From contig MU004198.1 of NCBI GenBank assembly GCA_010093605.1, positions 1,428,726 through 1,492,725 of the forward strand: a stretch of DNA of 64,000 nucleotides, read 5' to 3'. This stretch comes from Lophium mytilinum (lineage: Eukaryota). Positions 48,871 to 61,591 of this stretch are shown here, one piece after another (positions within the stretch are counted from its first letter, which is position 1; each line of letters starts with the position of its first letter). The translations under genes were made by a program, and so were the position numbers. A model generated the notes under the pieces. It did no database searches. It was not told where the DNA came from and was given only the letters and a program-made list of their open reading frames with translations.

Positions 48871-49026
48871 AGGATGCTGGCGATGCAGAGCGAGAGTCCT
48901 GTGAAGTTGACTGACTAGGAGACTGGCGAGGCAGAGTGGACGTCCTCCGGAGTAGCAGGATCGAGGATGCTGGTGATGCAGAATATCCTCTGCAGTGGCA
49001 GGATCAAGGATGCTGGTGATGCAGAG
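48871..49026. repeat. 43-47-bp minisatellite, 4 copies, in the probable gtaA 5' UTR
   Basis: Core AGGATGCTGG(C/T)GATGCAGA at 48871, 48964 and 49007, with a degenerate copy at 48917. Confidence 0.75.
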
Positions 49027-51391
49027 TGAGTGTAGAGTTGGTTGTCCAGGTCTTGGAGCCCGACAGGGCCGCTTTATAAGTGTAGGTTGGGGGAGGTGCC
49101 AGGCCGGAGCGGTATTCACTTAGGTAGAACGATTCGGAAAGTCGCGGTCCAAAGGCCTCACTTCTCGGGTTAGGATATTGGTGTATATGGTATAAGGACA
49201 GAAAGCTACTAGGTGAAATATTTATACTATGAAAAATTGCCTGTTGGTGGTACCGCGAAGTGCTCGACCATGGTTTCAACGGTGTCCTTAGTCATCCCAT
49301 GATTGAACTTCCACGGATCAGTTGATTCGTGGCACTGGTAAAACCATATCAGCTGGATACCAGTCGTTCAGTCAAGAGGCAGCTCGGATTCCGCCGGATG
49401 ACTTTTTACATCGCGCCCAGGTTTTGGAGCCTTGTTGTGGCAGCCCTAGCAGTGGCAAACGAGTGTGCACAATTGAAAGTCCTGAAGAGCATGATGTTAG
49501 GGTACTGCTTGTCAGCTCGAAAGGAATGCCGACCGGAACTGGTAGATCCTCAGAGCCACTAAGAACCTTTCTAAGAATGCTGTCAAGGGTAGGCCAAGGC
49601 CTGTTGGCTCGGAAGTCGCGATTTCCAGCATCTTGGAAGCATCAGATGACAAAATTTGGCAGGAAGAGGCATCAAGAGCGTAGCGAGAACGATACTTATC
49701 ATGGGGTATCGGGCCCGAAGAAGAAATGGGTTTTATTGTATAAGTCATACCAGAAACCGGGCAATATAGAGGCCAAGCAGTACGCCAAAATCGGATGTTC
49801 AGAAGCACAGAAAGAGAGCATCGAGACTCAGCCCCGAACTGTACCTGAGTATCACTGATAGAAGACCTGTGAGGAAAACAGCGATGCTGCAACTCTTGCG
49901 GAATCGTGGTTGCTTTGCGTTTCTGACCGAACGTGGTGTATCTCGCTGCGTGTGATTTGGGGCTGTGATGAATTGTGAGAAGAGCTGGGGACCTGCTGAG
50001 GAAGAGTTTTAATCTCCACTGAGACTGTGATGGCTAGGGATAATAGCTGATGGGAGCGTGCATGTTGTAGTCGACTTGGCGAGGGCCGATAGTCCGAGCA
50101 TGGAGGTCACGGCGGGATGATGTCGGCATGCCATAGACCACGCGAAGAGTCTCAGCTTTGAGCTGCGGCATATGGCATAGCATAGGTAGGGGCTAGCACG
50201 AGCAGGATTCAATCGTAGCGGGGGAGAGATCTGGGGATGGGAGCGTGTCGTGGAAGCAGTTCACAGCTGATGCCATAGAAGGTCGTGTGTCGCGCTAGGG
50301 TGGGCCTGTGCGCACATCAAGCGCTGCATACAGATCCACCGGGGTAGTGAGATTCGTGCTGGCGCGGGCCAGATGGCTACCAGGGGGCCTCCTTGCGCTT
50401 ATGCAGGCTGATCTGGGCGTTCGGAGGAACTTCTACAGGACTAAGCTTGATCCCGGGATTGCACGCAAGTGAATGTACATACATACATACTAATGCAAAC
50501 TTTTTCGACGAACATCAACGCTCACGGGTTTTCCGGGTTTCACTTCAGGATGTCGCGAAGTGCTAGCTTTCGATATATCCTGATCCGCACTATCGCTTCT
50601 CACATGCACCAAAGGGAAATGCCAATGGGTGGAAGGATACATTCCTCCTCTAATGTTGGCTTTCGAGGACACTAGGTCTCAAAGCTCTAGCTGAGAAAGG
50701 TGTTGCTGAATGCTGCCAGCATGACTATCATTAATTGCGCCCAAGCCCCGACTATATTAGTAGCGCTGTGTAACCCTTCCAACGTTTGTTGTTTGGCGCT
50801 TTCGTGAGGCAAACAAACGCGGAACCGGCCGTGTACCGTTACATCCGACATCCACGTTCCAACCGGCTCTTCGCGGTCTTCGTTACGAAATTTGTTGACA
50901 GCTGTGCCGATATTCTACGAAGCAGGCGTGAGTGAATCTTAAGTTGGGAGAAGCCAGGGATATGCGATTAGACGATGGCTCAGAACGTGGAAGGAAGGAT
51001 TATCATTAGCTAATTTAAGCTGAGTTTTTATATTAGTACAGTATCCTCATGAACGCTAAGAAGCAGAACGAGTGGCGAAAAATGCTGCATAGATATCGAA
51101 AAAAATCTCACCAACAACAAATCATGAGACCTCCTACTCCAGGAACGTTATATGTCAATACCAACGCCAGACAATCCAAGAATCCTACCAGTATGTGACC
51201 TTGCGATTCGAAAATCATAATGATAATGACGGGGTATCGCGAACGTGAAAGCAGATAATGATAAATCGTGGATGCAGTGACGCCAATCCCAGGCGCTGGA
51301 AAAGTCTTATGAAGGCTCGCATAAACAAGGAATACTCCAACAGATGGTCGTAAATACGTTCAGATCTCTTCCAACATGCCTCCTGGGCACC

Positions 51392-53239
51392 TTACTTCCG
51401 CATCCAAGAACGCTCAACGTTCTCGAGCCGTCGTTCGCAGCCCTCTAGCCATGGAGAGCGAAGTACTTCGGTGATAGTCCACCGTTTTGACGCGTCCGGC
51501 TCCAAACACCCTTTAACGAGGGCTATCACAGCTTGCGGGTTGTGTGCAATAGCTCTCCCACTACGGAGCCGCTCGAGATCCCACTGGTTGTGCATGATCT
51601 TCTCAGTAGTCTTCGCGTCCATCCCCTCATTGAAGGGCAGACGGGCAGTGACTAGGGTGTAGATGACCACTCCGAATGCCCACATGTCCGCTGCGGTTGA
51701 GAACACAGGTGTTTGGGCTCCAAACAACTCGGGTGCAGCGTACTGCAGGCTCCCAGCGACAGTGGTACTAGTCTCGGATGGGCCGATATTCTGGTTGTGG
51801 TTTTGGGTGTGCGGCTCCACCGAGTCGCGTTGATCGCTGACTACAAAGTCTGCCATACCAAAGTCGCATAGGAGAATGTCCCCTCCATCGGAGCAGGCAT
51901 TCGGCCCAGACATGTCGACCAAGCAGTTCTCGAGCTTGATATCGCGATGAACTATGGTGACATCGTTGTGAAGGTATCGTATTGCAGAGGCTAGCTGGTA
52001 GACGTACCGTCTGGTGTGCCGTGCGTCAAGGCCATTGTGATTCTGCTTGTTTGTTTCTCGGACGATGTCAAGGAGGGTGCCTCCTGAGATCTTGGTCGTG
52101 ATGCAGAAGGTCGCAAATTCGGTGCTGTACACTCGCAATAGTGGCAAAATGTACGGATGTTTGAGGTATCTCCAAATCTCTACCTCATGCTCGAATTGGG
52201 TTTGCAGTTGCTCGTTCTCAGCCTCGGCAGTGTCCTTGAGCAGCTTTCGCACGATTTTCACCGCATACACAACCTTCTTGCCATATTCCATCGTGGCCAC
52301 CTCTTTGACCACACTGAAACCTCCGAAGCCTATGGTCTTGCCAATTATGTGTCCGCTGCCGCCGGCAATCTCTTGCCCTTCGTCATCAGGTTCTGTCGCC
52401 TGGAGCGGAGCGTCCTTGGAATGCATCCGCGAAAGAAACGCAGATGCTGGAGACTGCGACGGCAGAGAGCGGCCAGTGCGTGTGGAAGTCCGACGATTGG
52501 GCCTGCGCGCGCTTCCCTCGCTCATTTCGGACCGGTAGCTTCTAATCGATCTTTGGGACCCGTTGCGTTTGGAGAGCGAAAAGGGTAGATCTATAGGCGA
52601 TGTCGTAGGTAGCGGCGAAAGCAAGAGCTCCATGGAAGAATCAAGCGGGGTATGTACTTCCTCCAGCAGGGGCGAAGCTGTGGTGTCCGAAGTCAGCGAC
52701 GCAACGTGGTCGTGCTCTGTGAAACCCTGGTGTGCGCCAAAACCGTTGAGGTCGTCTCGAGAAATGGGATAGTGTGGCTCCTGCGTGAGAGTTCTCCCTC
52801 GATCAAGCGACGCGAAATCATTGAAGTACTCTTCCCGTTCTGGGAATTCTTCCAGCGTCGTCGGCATTCCTGGCTTTGGCAGGGGCGAATGCATGGCAAG
52901 CCGATTGCCGCTGTCTAAAGTGACTTGGCTATCGAAGGTTATGGAGGGTTTTCTGTTGCGAAAGGCAGCCTCGATGTCCTCGGGGCTCGATCCGGCAGCA
53001 GAGCCATACGGGCGTCGGCCATCCCCGACACCGTCCCCAACGGTATGCCACGTTTTGCCATGGTAGAAGTGCGAGTTTGCTTCGGCGAGTTCAGGTGTAG
53101 TCAGTGCCAGCGAGACATCCTCGTCACGCTGCGACTCGCGGCGGGGGATCGAGGCAAAGGCGGAGGAGACGGACTTCTGCGAGGGCTTTGTGTCGAGCTT
53201 GAGTTTCTGGAAGTTGTGAGAGGAGGAGTACGGTGCCAT
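51392..53239 (-). CDS. Ser/Thr protein kinase (CAMK-like, resembling Nnk1)
   Basis: IGFGGFSVV, YAVKIVRK, VHRDIKLENCL, LCDFGMA, GSLQYAAPE, DMWAFGV. First in-frame ATG is at 53239; the ORF track start at 53290 is a GTG. Confidence 0.9.
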   Translation of the reverse strand: MAPYSSSHNFQKLKLDTKPSQKSVSSAFASIPRRESQRDEDVSLALTTPELAEANSHFYHGKTWHTVGDGVGDGRRPYGSAAGSSPEDIEAAFRNRKPSITFDSQVTLDSGNRLAMHSPLPKPGMPTTLEEFPEREEYFNDFASLDRGRTLTQEPHYPISRDDLNGFGAHQGFTEHDHVASLTSDTTASPLLEEVHTPLDSSMELLLSPLPTTSPIDLPFSLSKRNGSQRSIRSYRSEMSEGSARRPNRRTSTRTGRSLPSQSPASAFLSRMHSKDAPLQATEPDDEGQEIAGGSGHIIGKTIGFGGFSVVKEVATMEYGKKVVYAVKIVRKLLKDTAEAENEQLQTQFEHEVEIWRYLKHPYILPLLRVYSTEFATFCITTKISGGTLLDIVRETNKQNHNGLDARHTRRYVYQLASAIRYLHNDVTIVHRDIKLENCLVDMSGPNACSDGGDILLCDFGMADFVVSDQRDSVEPHTQNHNQNIGPSETSTTVAGSLQYAAPELFGAQTPVFSTAADMWAFGVVIYTLVTARLPFNEGMDAKTTEKIMHNQWDLERLRSGRAIAHNPQAVIALVKGCLEPDASKRWTITEVLRSPWLEGCERRLENVERSWMRK

Positions 53240-54554
53240 AGCATCGACCTGGGACTTCTCTCTGGGCACCGCCCTCGCGGAGGGCAGCACCAGCTTTTAA
53301 GGGCGCCGTGGGGTGCGGCTCGTAAGACGAGGGGGTAATGGAATCGCGGGCTGGCGCGCCGTGCGACCAGCTCCGCAGCTGCCTATTCACAGCGTGCAGA
53401 GGGCTAAGAATTTGGTAACAGTGTGAATGGACGAGGGCGACGGTGAAAGGCGACTATAAATGCGGGCGGTGCGGTGGTAAGCAAAGCGATAGAGGAGTGA
53501 AGGAAGATAGCAGGAGGTCTTTGTCGCCCCGGTGCGATGGACGATCAACGCCTCTCCGCCCTGCAGCCCATCAGTGGAGCGTGGGGGAACGGCGAGCTAG
53601 GCCGACGACCCTGACTTTCTGCTGCACGTGAGAGAAAAATCAGCACCATTGGCCACGGCGGGGACGTGTTGGCCTATCAAAGGCCGCTCGATTCACCAAA
53701 GCCTCGTTTCGCAGGCGCGAGAAAACGGAGATGCCTCGTCTGCCAGGCGGATTGACGTAACAGATCCAATTTAGAGTTTTAGCAGCTGAAGCCGGCCGTC
53801 AGGTGCTGGACCCTGGTGGGGGCCATCAGCCTTGTGGCTCTGGATATAGACAATATAGATGGAAGAGCTCTGCTATTGCTTAGAAGAATTTGCTGCTATC
53901 ACTTTCACGTCGAAGCCCGTGCCAGATAAACGGTCGGAATGCCCCCCACAAAACCCTAGACCGCCAGCATGTGCACGCAGGGCCCGCTCGCAGCACTCGG
54001 CCCGAGGACCACCCGACTATGGGGCGTCTCTGGCACCATAGCGGCAAGGCTGGTCGAGCGGAACATGGTGTTGAGCGTGCGGCAGCGATAGCTGTAGCCG
54101 CAGTCGAGGCACGATGACGTTGCCTATCTCTGAAGTCTGCTCGCTGGAGGCCGCTGGGAGGTCGCCGGCCGCACAGGAGGTCAGGTCGAGCGCGCACCCG
54201 CACGAGCCGCGGCCACACGACTGCGCAATTAAGGGCACTTTGCCGCATGATATCGCGGTGAATAGGGCTGGTCCTGCTGGTGTGGTGTTGTGCCGGCTGC
54301 ACCTTCATGCACACGGAGGCCTGTGCGCCGCCTGGCCGCCAAGGCATTTCGGGCCTACCTCCTACGACTGAGGCATCGCAGACGCTGGAACAAGACACTG
54401 CATATTATCACCGCCGCATCCCGCATTCCGTATCCATACCCGCCAGCTGCTCTTTGCTCCCCGCTGCTTCGCCAGTCCAGCTGTCGACCTCGCCTGAAGC
54501 TGCTGCCGACCGCCAGCCGGTGCTCACAGTGGCCGATTGGCCTTGACGTCCGCA

Positions 54555-56558
54555 ATGGGGCTCCCAAGCCTCTGCTCGAAGCTCTTCGCGTCCTGCTGTG
54601 GAGGTAGTGCCCCGACTGATATAGTCTCTTGCCATGCTAATCGTGCTCCCAGGTCGCTCCAAAGACAGCCTGTATGATCCCGTCCTCGCAGATAGCGAGC
54701 GAGAAGCCGTGGCCGACCTCCTAGGCTTCTTGGAAAACGTACGCGCCCCAGCAACCTATCCGTCATAATCAGTGGAGCTTATACAACCTTGTAGCGAGCC
54801 GAGACCGACTTCTTCTCTGGAGAGCCCCTCCGCGCGCTGAGCACTCTGGTCTATTCCGATAACATCGACCTACAGCGGAGCGCTAGTCTGACCTTCGCCG
54901 AGATCACGGAGCGAGGTACTTATTTCTTCCGAAACGGGAAAACACTTGCTAATGCTGTCTGTGTGTAGATGTACGAGAGGTTGATCGCGATACCCTGGAA
55001 CCCATCCTATTTCTCCTCCAGAACCCCGACATAGAGGTGCAGCGCGCTGCAAGCGCCGCGCTGGGAAACTTGGCGGTGAACAGTATGTGCTATATCTCCT
55101 CTATGAAGCCCATTACTAACTATCAGCAGCGGAAAATAAGGTTGCTATTGTGTCGCTAGGAGGGCTGAATCCTCTGATCAAGCAAATGAACTCGCCCAAT
55201 GTCGAAGTACAGTGCAATGCGGTTGGCTGCATCACCAACTTGGCCACACACGAGGAGAACAAGGCAAAGATAGCAAGGTCAGGAGCACTGGGCCCGTTGA
55301 CTAGGCTGGCAAAATCCAAGGATATGCGAGTACAAAGGAACGCAACAGGCGCTTTGCTAAACATGACACACTCTGGTACGACTCGGATACCTCCCGTGTT
55401 ACGAGGCCGATTGCTGATAACTATCTCTAGATGACAACCGCCAACAGCTCGTGAATGCCGGCGCCATTCCAGTCCTTGTTCAGCTCCTTACTTCGGCCGA
55501 CGTCGATGTACAATACTACTGCACAACCGCTCTAAGCAACATAGCCGTGGATGCCACTAACCGTCTGAAACTCGCTCAGACGGAAGGTCGCCTGGTACAC
55601 TCCCTGGTCCACCTGATGGATTCTTCATCACCAAAAGTGCAGTGCCAGGCTGCATTGGCGTTAAGGAACTTAGCGTCGGACGAACGATACCAGCTCGAGA
55701 TTGTCCGCGCGCGAGGCCTGCCTTCTCTACTTCGCCTTCTTCAGTCATCATACCTTCCCCTCATACTCTCCGCCGTCGCCTGCATCCGAAACATCTCCAT
55801 TCACCCCGCCAATGAATCGCCCATCATTGACGCCGGCTTCCTCCGCCCCCTGGTCGAGCTTCTAGGGTCAACCGAAAATGACGAAATCCAATGCCACGCC
55901 ATCTCCACTCTCAGGAATTTGGCTGCAAGCTCCGACAGGAACAAACAGCTGGTTCTGGAGGCAGGTGCAGTGCAGAAATGCAAGCAGCTCGTCCTGAACG
56001 TACGACTGCCGGTCCAGTCTGAAATGACTGCTGCCATTGCAGTTCTAGCATTGAGCGACGAATTGAAGCCTCATCTCCTCGATCTCGGGGTGTTCGATGT
56101 GCTGATTCCTCTTACTGAGTCCGAGAGCATAGAAGTGCAAGGCAACAGCGCCGCAGCTCTTGGTAACCTGTCTTCGAAAGGTAATAAATCGAACAATGTA
56201 TTTCGTGCAATTCAACTAACGAGCAGCAGTGGGCAACTACTCGATATTCCTAGAGAACTGGACTAAGCCTTCTGGTGGTATACACGGCTATCTTCGACGA
56301 TTCCTTGCTAGCGGCGACCCAACCTTCCAGCACATCGCCATCTGGACACTTCTCCAACTGCTGGAGTCCGATGATCCGAACTTGCTGAGTCTGATATCAA
56401 AGTCTGATGAGATTGTGCAAATGGTCACGGACATCGCAGATCGCAACATCGAGTCCGACGACGAAGACAACGATGACGGTGAAGGCGAAGTCGTCAGCCT
56501 CGCCCGGCGGTGTCTGGAAATCCTAGGAAAGAGCCCTAAAACGCTAATGGAGGGTTGA
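54555..56558 (+). CDS. VAC8: Vacuolar armadillo-repeat protein Vac8
   Basis: N-terminal [16 protein letters not shown] (acylation-type motif), [58 protein letters not shown], further ARM repeats and about 6 introns. Confidence 0.97.
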
Positions 56559-57488
56559 GGGGCCTACCATCAGGTTCACAAACAGCGCGCGATGCGGATG
56601 CCGACTCCTTTCTCTCCTCACTCAGCCTCTCCAATTGATTCCTTTATTCAGTGTCTAGTACCCCCAATCATGTTATGCAGCTTATTGTCACGAGGTGTTC
56701 TTGGGCGGCTAGGCTACGGGCGTTTTTGATTGCGTGTTGCGGAAAACTTTAAAGCGCAAAAACCTCGGCATTTCCTACGTTTTTATAGCGAGCATGGGTT
56801 GGAGCCTTGTTGTTTTCCTTTTTGCTTTCTTTTCTTGGGTGCGACATTGTTGTGTTACGGCGGGCATACCACAGCTGTTTTGAGACTGTTCCTAGCTGAG
56901 TCATGGGTTAATTGGAACAAGCCTGCCGTCTTCTGTTGCCTGAGCCTTTTTACTTTTCTTCTTGACGATACGAGATACTCCGCGGTTGGATGGGAATGGG
57001 AAGAGTGATGGGTGGTATAAGAACCAACCAGACTGGAGGACAACAGTATTTAGCTAAAGGATGACAGGGTCCGAGTATTCCTTGTAATTGATTAGAATGG
57101 CATAGATTCCAGATTACACGAGCCTGGTTTTGGGTTTCCTTTAAGGCTTGTAGATTGAAGGTGAGAAGGGGCCATACCGACTGGATGGTGTGTCATCGCC
57201 GATGGTGGTGCGTTGCATACTGCACCTGTCTCCAGGGTTTGTAGCGCCTCGTCGCTTCCTTTCACGAATTGCATGCATGAACCCCATGCCTGCCCGATTT
57301 GCCGAGACGGGAGTGGAGTCGGGGTTTGGTGACACCTACTTCGGGTACCGTTCTTCAAGCTTGCCTTCATTGTCGAATCCACTCTTAACACTCGCTTCCA
57401 CTGGCGGAGCTCGGAAGTTCATCTGCAAATACTTCTTCTTCTCCTTGCCTCATCGCCTTTCTTCAATTAGAGAAATCGTACGTTTGTA

Positions 57489-59109
57489 ATGTCTGAACCC
57501 AGCCTCAACACCGCCCGTGCTCTCGTATCACGCGGTCCGCTCTCAAAGGGTCTGTGGAAGATGGAGGACGTGACGATTCGCGAACCGGGGGATGATGAGG
57601 TTGTGGTGCGGGTCGTGGCGAGCGGGGTCTGTAGCACGGATGTGCATTTTGGGAACGTGGAGGAGGGGGATTGGGGAGAGTGTTATCCGTGTGTTAAGGG
57701 TCATGAAGGTCAGTCTGATCATATAAGAGACTACACGTCATTTTTGATTTATATTCTGTGGTTCACGGGAGAAAGAGAGAAAAGCATGTTTTGATCCGAT
57801 TGTGCTTTCAGGGGATGGCAATCAGGCTCTCACTCTCTGTTTTCCTTCATATTTCTCTCCTCAATTCTCACACTTAATTATCTCCACTCCAACGTAGCAG
57901 AAGAATGTAATTCCTAATATAACACTCAGGCTCCGGCATCGTCGAACGCACGGGTTCGTCCGTCAGGACCTGTGCCCCAGGCGACCCCGTCCTCCTCTCT
58001 TTCTCCTCCTGCACGGCTTGCAGCTTCTGCGCCTCTGACCACCCCGTCTACTGCCCCGACTTCAACGACATTAACTTCCTCGGCCGGCCGGTCTTCTCTC
58101 CAGACTCTGCAGACTCAAATGCAGAGAAGGTGCCAAGCATCAGGGGCTCCTTCTTCGGTCAATCGTGCTTTGCATCCCGCACTGTGGTCCGTGAGACGAG
58201 CATTGTTAACGTAAAAGGGCTAGTGAGTGAGGGTGAGGTCGAGAAGCTAGAGGAATTGATGTTGCTAGCGCCGCTGGGGTGTGGAATTCAGACCGGGTGG
58301 GGGACGATTAAAAGAGTTGCTGGAGCCGGGCAGGAGGATATAGTGTGTGTGGTTGGTTTGGGCGGCGTTGGGTTGAGTGGTATCATGGTAAGTTTAATTA
58401 CCTATCGAGAAGAGAGACGACGATCTACGAGAGACAAGCTAATGAAAGACAGGCCGCCAAAGCTCTCGGTTGTCGGACTATAATTGGTATCGACGTCCGT
58501 AAGTAGTCCGTTCTCTTGAAGCATCATCTGAATACTCCTTTAAGCCACACCTCAATGGCAACCTAGGAAACACTCGACACCAGATGATCTAGTACCCATC
58601 CACTTACTGACCTGAAACCACTAGTTCCATCCCGCCTTTCCCTCGCCAAATTCCTCGGCGCAACCCACACCCTTCTCTCCCCGGCCTCTTCATCCGGTCC
58701 CACCTCCCTCATCCCCACCATTCGCGCCCTAACCTCCTCCCTCGACCCCCCGAGCGCCGGGCCCACCATCACAATGGACACGACCGGCATTCCCGCCCTG
58801 ATCCGCACCGCCATCGCCTTCACCGCCCCGCGCGGCAAGATCCTGCAAGTCGGCACCGCGCCGCCGTCCGCGGTGCTCGACCTGCCCATCTTCGAGTTCA
58901 TGGTCCAGGGGAAGCAGTATATCGGCGCTGTGGAGGGGGATTCGGTGGCGCGGGAGAGTGTGGGGGAGTTGGTGGGGGAGAGGAGGGCCGGCCGGCTGCC
59001 GTTGGAGAAGATGGTAGAGGGTTTTGTGGCGGGGAGGTGGGAGGAGGCGGTGGAAGGGATGAGGGGGGGACGGTTCGTAAAGCCCGTGCTTGTGTGGTGG
59101 GGCGCGTAG
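57489..59109 (+). CDS. Zn-dependent medium-chain (aryl-)alcohol dehydrogenase
   Basis: ASGVCSTD, KGHE|GSGIVE, structural Zn C..C..C...C, FFGQSCFA, APLGCGIQTG, VVGLGGVG. Introns 57709-57929, 58388-58452, ~58499-58624. Confidence 0.92.
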
Positions 59110-60217
59110 GGTTTGAGGGAGGTGGGGAGGGGACCACGAGGCTATAATTGGAGGGTGGTGCTTTAAAGATTGGGTTGGTAGGTGGCTTGGGGTGTTCGGA
59201 TGGGGATGGGGATGGGTGGTGGAAATGGGATGCCAAAAGGGGTGATCCAGTATCTCGGAATCCCATCATGGGCTTTCATTATATCGTGATGGCGAAGGGA
59301 GCGTTGGGGGCCTGATTCCGAGGGCAGTTGTTTTACATCATGCTAGCATACGTTTCAGCGCTGCTTACTGCTACTGATAAATTCTTAGTTTTTCGTCTGG
59401 TGCGGGGAGGGAAAATTCGGAGCGTAAGTCGATGATCAAGACAGATGAAAGAAGGTCCTGATTCCTAGTCTCAGTTTTCTGATATCGTAATCGGGAGAGT
59501 AAAACTAGGAGCCAGATTCAGATGCTCGTGAATTTGACTTCCTGGCAGTGCTTTGGTTATATGGTGCTGGGTGAAGTGATGTTGCTTATGGAAGTTCGCA
59601 GAACTCCTCTATAAGTCTTATCTCAAGTCACCAATTTTTTGATGGCTGTGTTCGGTCAATTTCAAAGCTGATCTACACTACGCGGACTACATGCTGCGGC
59701 TACAACAGTCTACCAAACGGGGTAACATATGGTTGATTTTGTAAGTTATTCTAGATAAAAGAGACATTTTAAAGAGGACTCAAATTAGATACGATTCCCA
59801 AAAGTGTATGCTACCGGCCTGCTGCAGCTTGAATCATCTTAAAGAGTATTCGAGAAATCAGAATTCTGTCGTTTCAGACCTCAAGGGCCCATCGTTTTGC
59901 GCAGCTCAGGCTGTGACTGGTAGGTGTACACAGGTGGGACGTCGATTCAGGCTTGCCTGGTACGTTGATGACGAGGCCATACGAGATCACTGACCAGGAT
60001 CTGATTTAGGGGCGTAAAGTCGACAGCTTTGTCCGCACCTCCGGAACCGTGCTTCGGCTAGTGAAGAGCACGAAAGGGGTGAAAGGAATAACGTTCACCT
60101 CGCTTATCTGATCACGTACGCTCGAAGCATAAGAATGTCACTTGTCGCTTGTACTTATCTTTGATAACACTCACACTCACCACCCTCACCATCACACAAC
60201 CCGTCGCAGCAACCAAC

Positions 60218-61591
60218 ATGTCTCCCATCATTGAGCAGCTGCGAGAGGTCGGGTTTGCCATACAACATCGTCCCCGTCACCCCCAGTACCGCCTCTTGCG
60301 CGCCAAAATCTGGCGAATGCTCGAATACCCCGAGATGGTCGCCAGCGATGCGTACAAGCTCATCAAACTCTGTGACACTATTACCGACTTTAGTGAGGAC
60401 AAAGCGGGCTTGCGAGACACTAATGAGCTCAACACGCTCAAGAAAGAGGCCTACGAGCTGCTCATTCGCTCACTTCTTACAATGCACTGCGTCTCCGACG
60501 CTTTGGGGGTATGCAATGAAGCTACACAACGTTATGCGGACAATTTCAAGGCCCTCTCGAAGGAAATCTACGAGGCCATGCGGGCTCAGGATCTGCCATA
60601 TCCACCCATGGCTTCCTATGTTCCTCATGCGTATCCTACGATATCGTCCGAATACCTAACGCGGAGTGAGGCCGATATCGACTCCTACAACGCCCAGTTC
60701 AAAAGCCCTCCTCTTGACGGAACCTGCCGCGTAGCTCCCAGCACTATCGCCGCTGGAAAGCCAGATATCTACGGCGTCTTCGCGACTCGCCCGATCCCGA
60801 AATCAGGACTCGTCCACAAAGAGTCTACTACCTTCCTCGTAGCCACTGGCGCCGCCCCCGCACCACCAGTTGCCTCCCCACCGCACGACGCCGCGGCCAT
60901 CCCCGAGGTATTCGACCCGAACTGCTTCCAAGTCCGTGCCGATGCGCTGGTGCCCAGCGCGCTCCACGTTTTACTCTTCACGAGCTTCCTCGTCAAGTGC
61001 ATCCAAGACAAATCCCCGCACCCACTCGAGCACCCGCTGATCGCTGGCCTCACCGCCTCGTACGGACCGGCCACTATCAGGAAGTTCAGCTTCCAGCAAG
61101 ATATCAAAGACCCACTACACTTGCTCGAGTACCTGGGCATCGACATCTACGGCGACCTCCGCTACGACATGGACGTGCTGCTGACGGTGTATCAGCGGAT
61201 CCGTAATAACAGCTTCGAGTGGGTTGACCGAGACCGTGTGGAGGGTGTAGGACCGCTCTTCAGCTTTTTCAATCACAGCTGCGAGCCAAATGTGAGCTGG
61301 CGCGTTGAGAATTCTGGGGAGATGGCGGTCGGGCTGCCTCCGCAGCGGTCGATTATCATGCGTGCAGAGCGCGATATCGAGGAGGGAGAGGAGCTGTTCA
61401 TTAGCTATATCTGTCTCGCGCCGGAGTGGGATGGCGATGTACCGGTTGAGGAACGCAGGAAGCAGCTGATGATGTGGATGGGAGGACCGTGCCAGTGTGC
61501 GAGGTGCGTGAGAGAGAGTGAGGCGGCGAAAGGGATGAGGTCGAGGCTGACAGAGCTTGCGAGGAATCTGCTCAGTGGTGCTTGGGAGTAG
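60218..61591 (+). CDS. SET-domain protein with TPR-like N-terminus
   Basis: YGVFATRPIPKSG, FSFFNHSCEPNV, AERDIEEGEELFISY, post-SET CQCARC. ATG at 60218; single exon. Confidence 0.9.
   Translation: MSPIIEQLREVGFAIQHRPRHPQYRLLRAKIWRMLEYPEMVASDAYKLIKLCDTITDFSEDKAGLRDTNELNTLKKEAYELLIRSLLTMHCVSDALGVCNEATQRYADNFKALSKEIYEAMRAQDLPYPPMASYVPHAYPTISSEYLTRSEADIDSYNAQFKSPPLDGTCRVAPSTIAAGKPDIYGVFATRPIPKSGLVHKESTTFLVATGAAPAPPVASPPHDAAAIPEVFDPNCFQVRADALVPSALHVLLFTSFLVKCIQDKSPHPLEHPLIAGLTASYGPATIRKFSFQQDIKDPLHLLEYLGIDIYGDLRYDMDVLLTVYQRIRNNSFEWVDRDRVEGVGPLFSFFNHSCEPNVSWRVENSGEMAVGLPPQRSIIMRAERDIEEGEELFISYICLAPEWDGDVPVEERRKQLMMWMGGPCQCARCVRESEAAKGMRSRLTELARNLLSGAWE

Noticed and set aside
49322..49892. Overlapping 178-aa and 126-aa ORFs upstream of gtaA
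   Set aside because: No recognisable motif or splice support, and the plus-strand ORF starts at a non-ATG codon.
50761..50820. TAACCCT plus a small hairpin as a telomerase RNA template
   Set aside because: It reads TAACCCTT, not a 1.5-repeat template, and no pseudoknot was found.
59430..59490. Box C/D snoRNA-like motifs (ATGATCA..CTGA..CTGA)
   Set aside because: The C box is imperfect, the span is only ~50 nt, and no guide target could be identified.
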